The notes under the pieces: generated by a model | Databases searched by the model: none | The model's input: the letters and a program-made list of their open reading frames with translations, nothing else | Told to the model about the DNA's origin: nothing | Shown: one piece after another, positions 61,999 through 64,000 of the stretch | How the letters are laid out: every line of letters begins with the position of its first letter | Numbering within the stretch: the first letter of the stretch is position 1 | From: Fistulifera solaris | Taxonomy: Eukaryota | Assembly: GCA_030295235.1 (NCBI GenBank) | Contig: AP026134.1 | Location: 310,001-374,000, forward strand | DNA length: 64,000 nucleotides | Direction: 5' to 3' | Translations under genes and position numbers: made by a program

Positions 61999-62444
61999 GT
62001 TTAGCCTTAATGAGCGTCAAAATAAATCCAGAATGTGTGCAGGTAAAGATGAGCTTTAATCAATGTTCGTTGTGAATAATATACAACACTCTGTTGGAAC
62101 CTTTTGCCTCGACGCATTTTTGTGTTTGACTTCGAAGTCTTTTACACCTTGGCGGATGATGATGATCCGGATGGAAAAACATAATTACCGGTACGACTTT
62201 GTCGAAATTTTGCTCATCGAAAAGATCCTGAGTACAGTATAGTACAGTGTGGGAACATATATTGGCATTAGCGAGGTGAAACGGCTCTAAATAAATAGCA
62301 CAATAACATCCTCGCGCCATGACGAGGATTAGGATGAGGATGAGGACGACGAGGACGAGTTTTTATTTCTTGCGCATCATTGGATGGCCTGATCTTGCTT
62401 TTCTTGTGAATAAATCGTATAACCTGCATAAACATCTCTTTAAA

Positions 62445-63317
62445 ATGAATCTGAACACACTGAAACTCCTTTTCGCCGCAACTATCGGGGCCAACGCTTC
62501 TCTCGTCGATGTTATTGACTTCAAAAGCATTAACAGTCAGCTCCAGAACGAACAGAGAGACTTGCAAGGTATTTGCGACACCATTCTTCGAAATGTCCCC
62601 ATTTTTAAAGGGTGCACCTGTGAACTGCAGTTCTTACAAAACACCGCCACAATCAGTTGTGACGATAAATGCCAGGGCTGCTCACGAACCGAAGACGTTT
62701 GTGTGGTGGGCTCGTTCGACGCGACGATCGCAGTGACTACTCTCGAAGTGCAAAGAGTTGCCTTCCGGGTTGAACACAGCGGAGATGATAGTAGTCAGCG
62801 CACGTTGCGGCTTGAAATAGTTGAAGGAGCAAACCCTGGTTGCAGCACATTCATCAATAATGTGAAATGCTCGTCCTGTACCTTGAGCACCACCAACATT
62901 GATCTCAGTGCCAACTGCATTGATGCCGTCCATGACTGCCGTAACATTGGTTTTGGCCGCGTGGATGGATGCGACTTGACTGCTTTGCGAGCTCTTCCTT
63001 CAGAAAATCCATTCAGCGTTTTGACGAGCGATGTCCTCTTTCCTCTAGAGACTTGTCTAGCTCAGGATGGCGCGCCAGCTCCAGCACCAGTTCGAGCACC
63101 CGTTCCAGCTCCGGTTCGAGTCCCCGTGCCCGTTCCTGCCCCTGTTCGACCACCCGTTCCAGCTCCGGTTCGTGTTCCGGCACCTACTCCCACATTATCG
63201 GGAATTCCGCCAAAGAAAACTCCGCCAACTAACAAGGAAAAAGATCAATTGAAGCTTTTCAATTTTGATGCCGATAGAGGTGGCCTGAAGCGCAAGCTCA
63301 AGAGCGCTCGGGGCTAA
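62445..63317 (+). CDS. Secreted Cys-rich protein with Pro-Ala-Pro-Val repeats and basic tail
   Basis: MNLNTLKLLFAATIGANA signal peptide, RDLQ motif, many Cys, and a PVPAPVR repeat (63070-63190). The upstream ATG at 62319 is probably not used. Confidence 0.72.
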   Translation: MNLNTLKLLFAATIGANASLVDVIDFKSINSQLQNEQRDLQGICDTILRNVPIFKGCTCELQFLQNTATISCDDKCQGCSRTEDVCVVGSFDATIAVTTLEVQRVAFRVEHSGDDSSQRTLRLEIVEGANPGCSTFINNVKCSSCTLSTTNIDLSANCIDAVHDCRNIGFGRVDGCDLTALRALPSENPFSVLTSDVLFPLETCLAQDGAPAPAPVRAPVPAPVRVPVPVPAPVRPPVPAPVRVPAPTPTLSGIPPKKTPPTNKEKDQLKLFNFDADRGGLKRKLKSARG

Positions 63318-64000
63318 TCTAATAGATACAGCTTTCCAAGGGGAAGGTTCAATGGCCGATCATCATATTTTTGTATGCGATTATAGCATAAAGCGGTATT
63401 AACAGTATTATTTAGTGTTCCTTGTGACGGAATCCACTTTCAAACTCTCTAAGGAAAGCAGCATAACACTGACTTGATTTTGAAACTAAACTTATCAAAT
63501 GCTTTATGCTAAAACGCGTTCAAGGTTTTTTCTTCCATGCTTCATCAAAGACCGATGCAAATTTAACATTTTAAGCGAAATATAAGCATTTATCATTTTT
63601 GTGTTATCGCTATTTTTATGGAGCAAAGCGCATTACCTGGTAGTGGTAGGTGTCCATCACCATCACCCATCATGATCGAGTTTAAGTGTACAAGGACGAC
63701 TTCGAATCAAAATTATGTCAATCCCGGACAATCTCTCACAAATCCTTTGTAGAAAGATATTCTGGTTTTAAACTTTATTGTATTCCAATAAGAATAAGAA
63801 AAGGGGCGTGTCATCTGCTTCCATTCTTGTTGTCGCTGTGGATGACTTAAATGCAACACAACGCATTACTTGTAGATGTCCAGTATGATTTGACTCCGGG
63901 GTGTTTTTGTTAATGTGAATTGTTTCAGTCCCGGATATTATTCACGAGTGTAAATTAATTACGGGGTACTCCGTATTATTTATCTCTAACCGCATCGCTA

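Overview
Gene-dense eukaryotic nuclear DNA, most likely from a pennate diatom. Evidence: short GT-AG introns, signal peptide + 'AF' plastid-targeting motifs, a CoDi-like Ty1/copia element and RxL-type secreted proteins. The species cannot be determined from the sequence. About 20 host genes are present: Use1-like SNARE-ankyrin fusion, exocyst Sec5, CbbY-like HAD phosphatase, myosin-ankyrin-(pseudo)kinase, sulfotransferase-like protein, ABCG, CIA30-domain protein, SDR, acetyl-CoA synthetase, aldo-keto reductase, alpha/beta hydrolase, START protein, UBR1-type E3 ligase, ABCC transporter, two secreted Cys/Pro-rich proteins, a cNMP-EF-hand-mitochondrial carrier fusion and several hypotheticals. 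Most long genes carry 1-bp frameshifts, often at homopolymers, which look like uncorrected long-read errors rather than pseudogenisation. Top leads: (1) a young full-length copia element (23959-29691, TSD GACGG) with no tRNA-type PBS; its PBS position is complementary to a segment of its own LTR, suggesting Tf1-like self-priming in a copia element, and it has a TA rather than TG 5' end; (2) an intronless, strongly codon-biased ABCC transporter with a dense upstream cluster of TGACGT/ACGTCA (CCRE-type) motifs, a candidate CO2-regulated HLA3-like transporter; (3) several unusual domain fusions. No tRNA, rRNA or CRISPR array was recognised.
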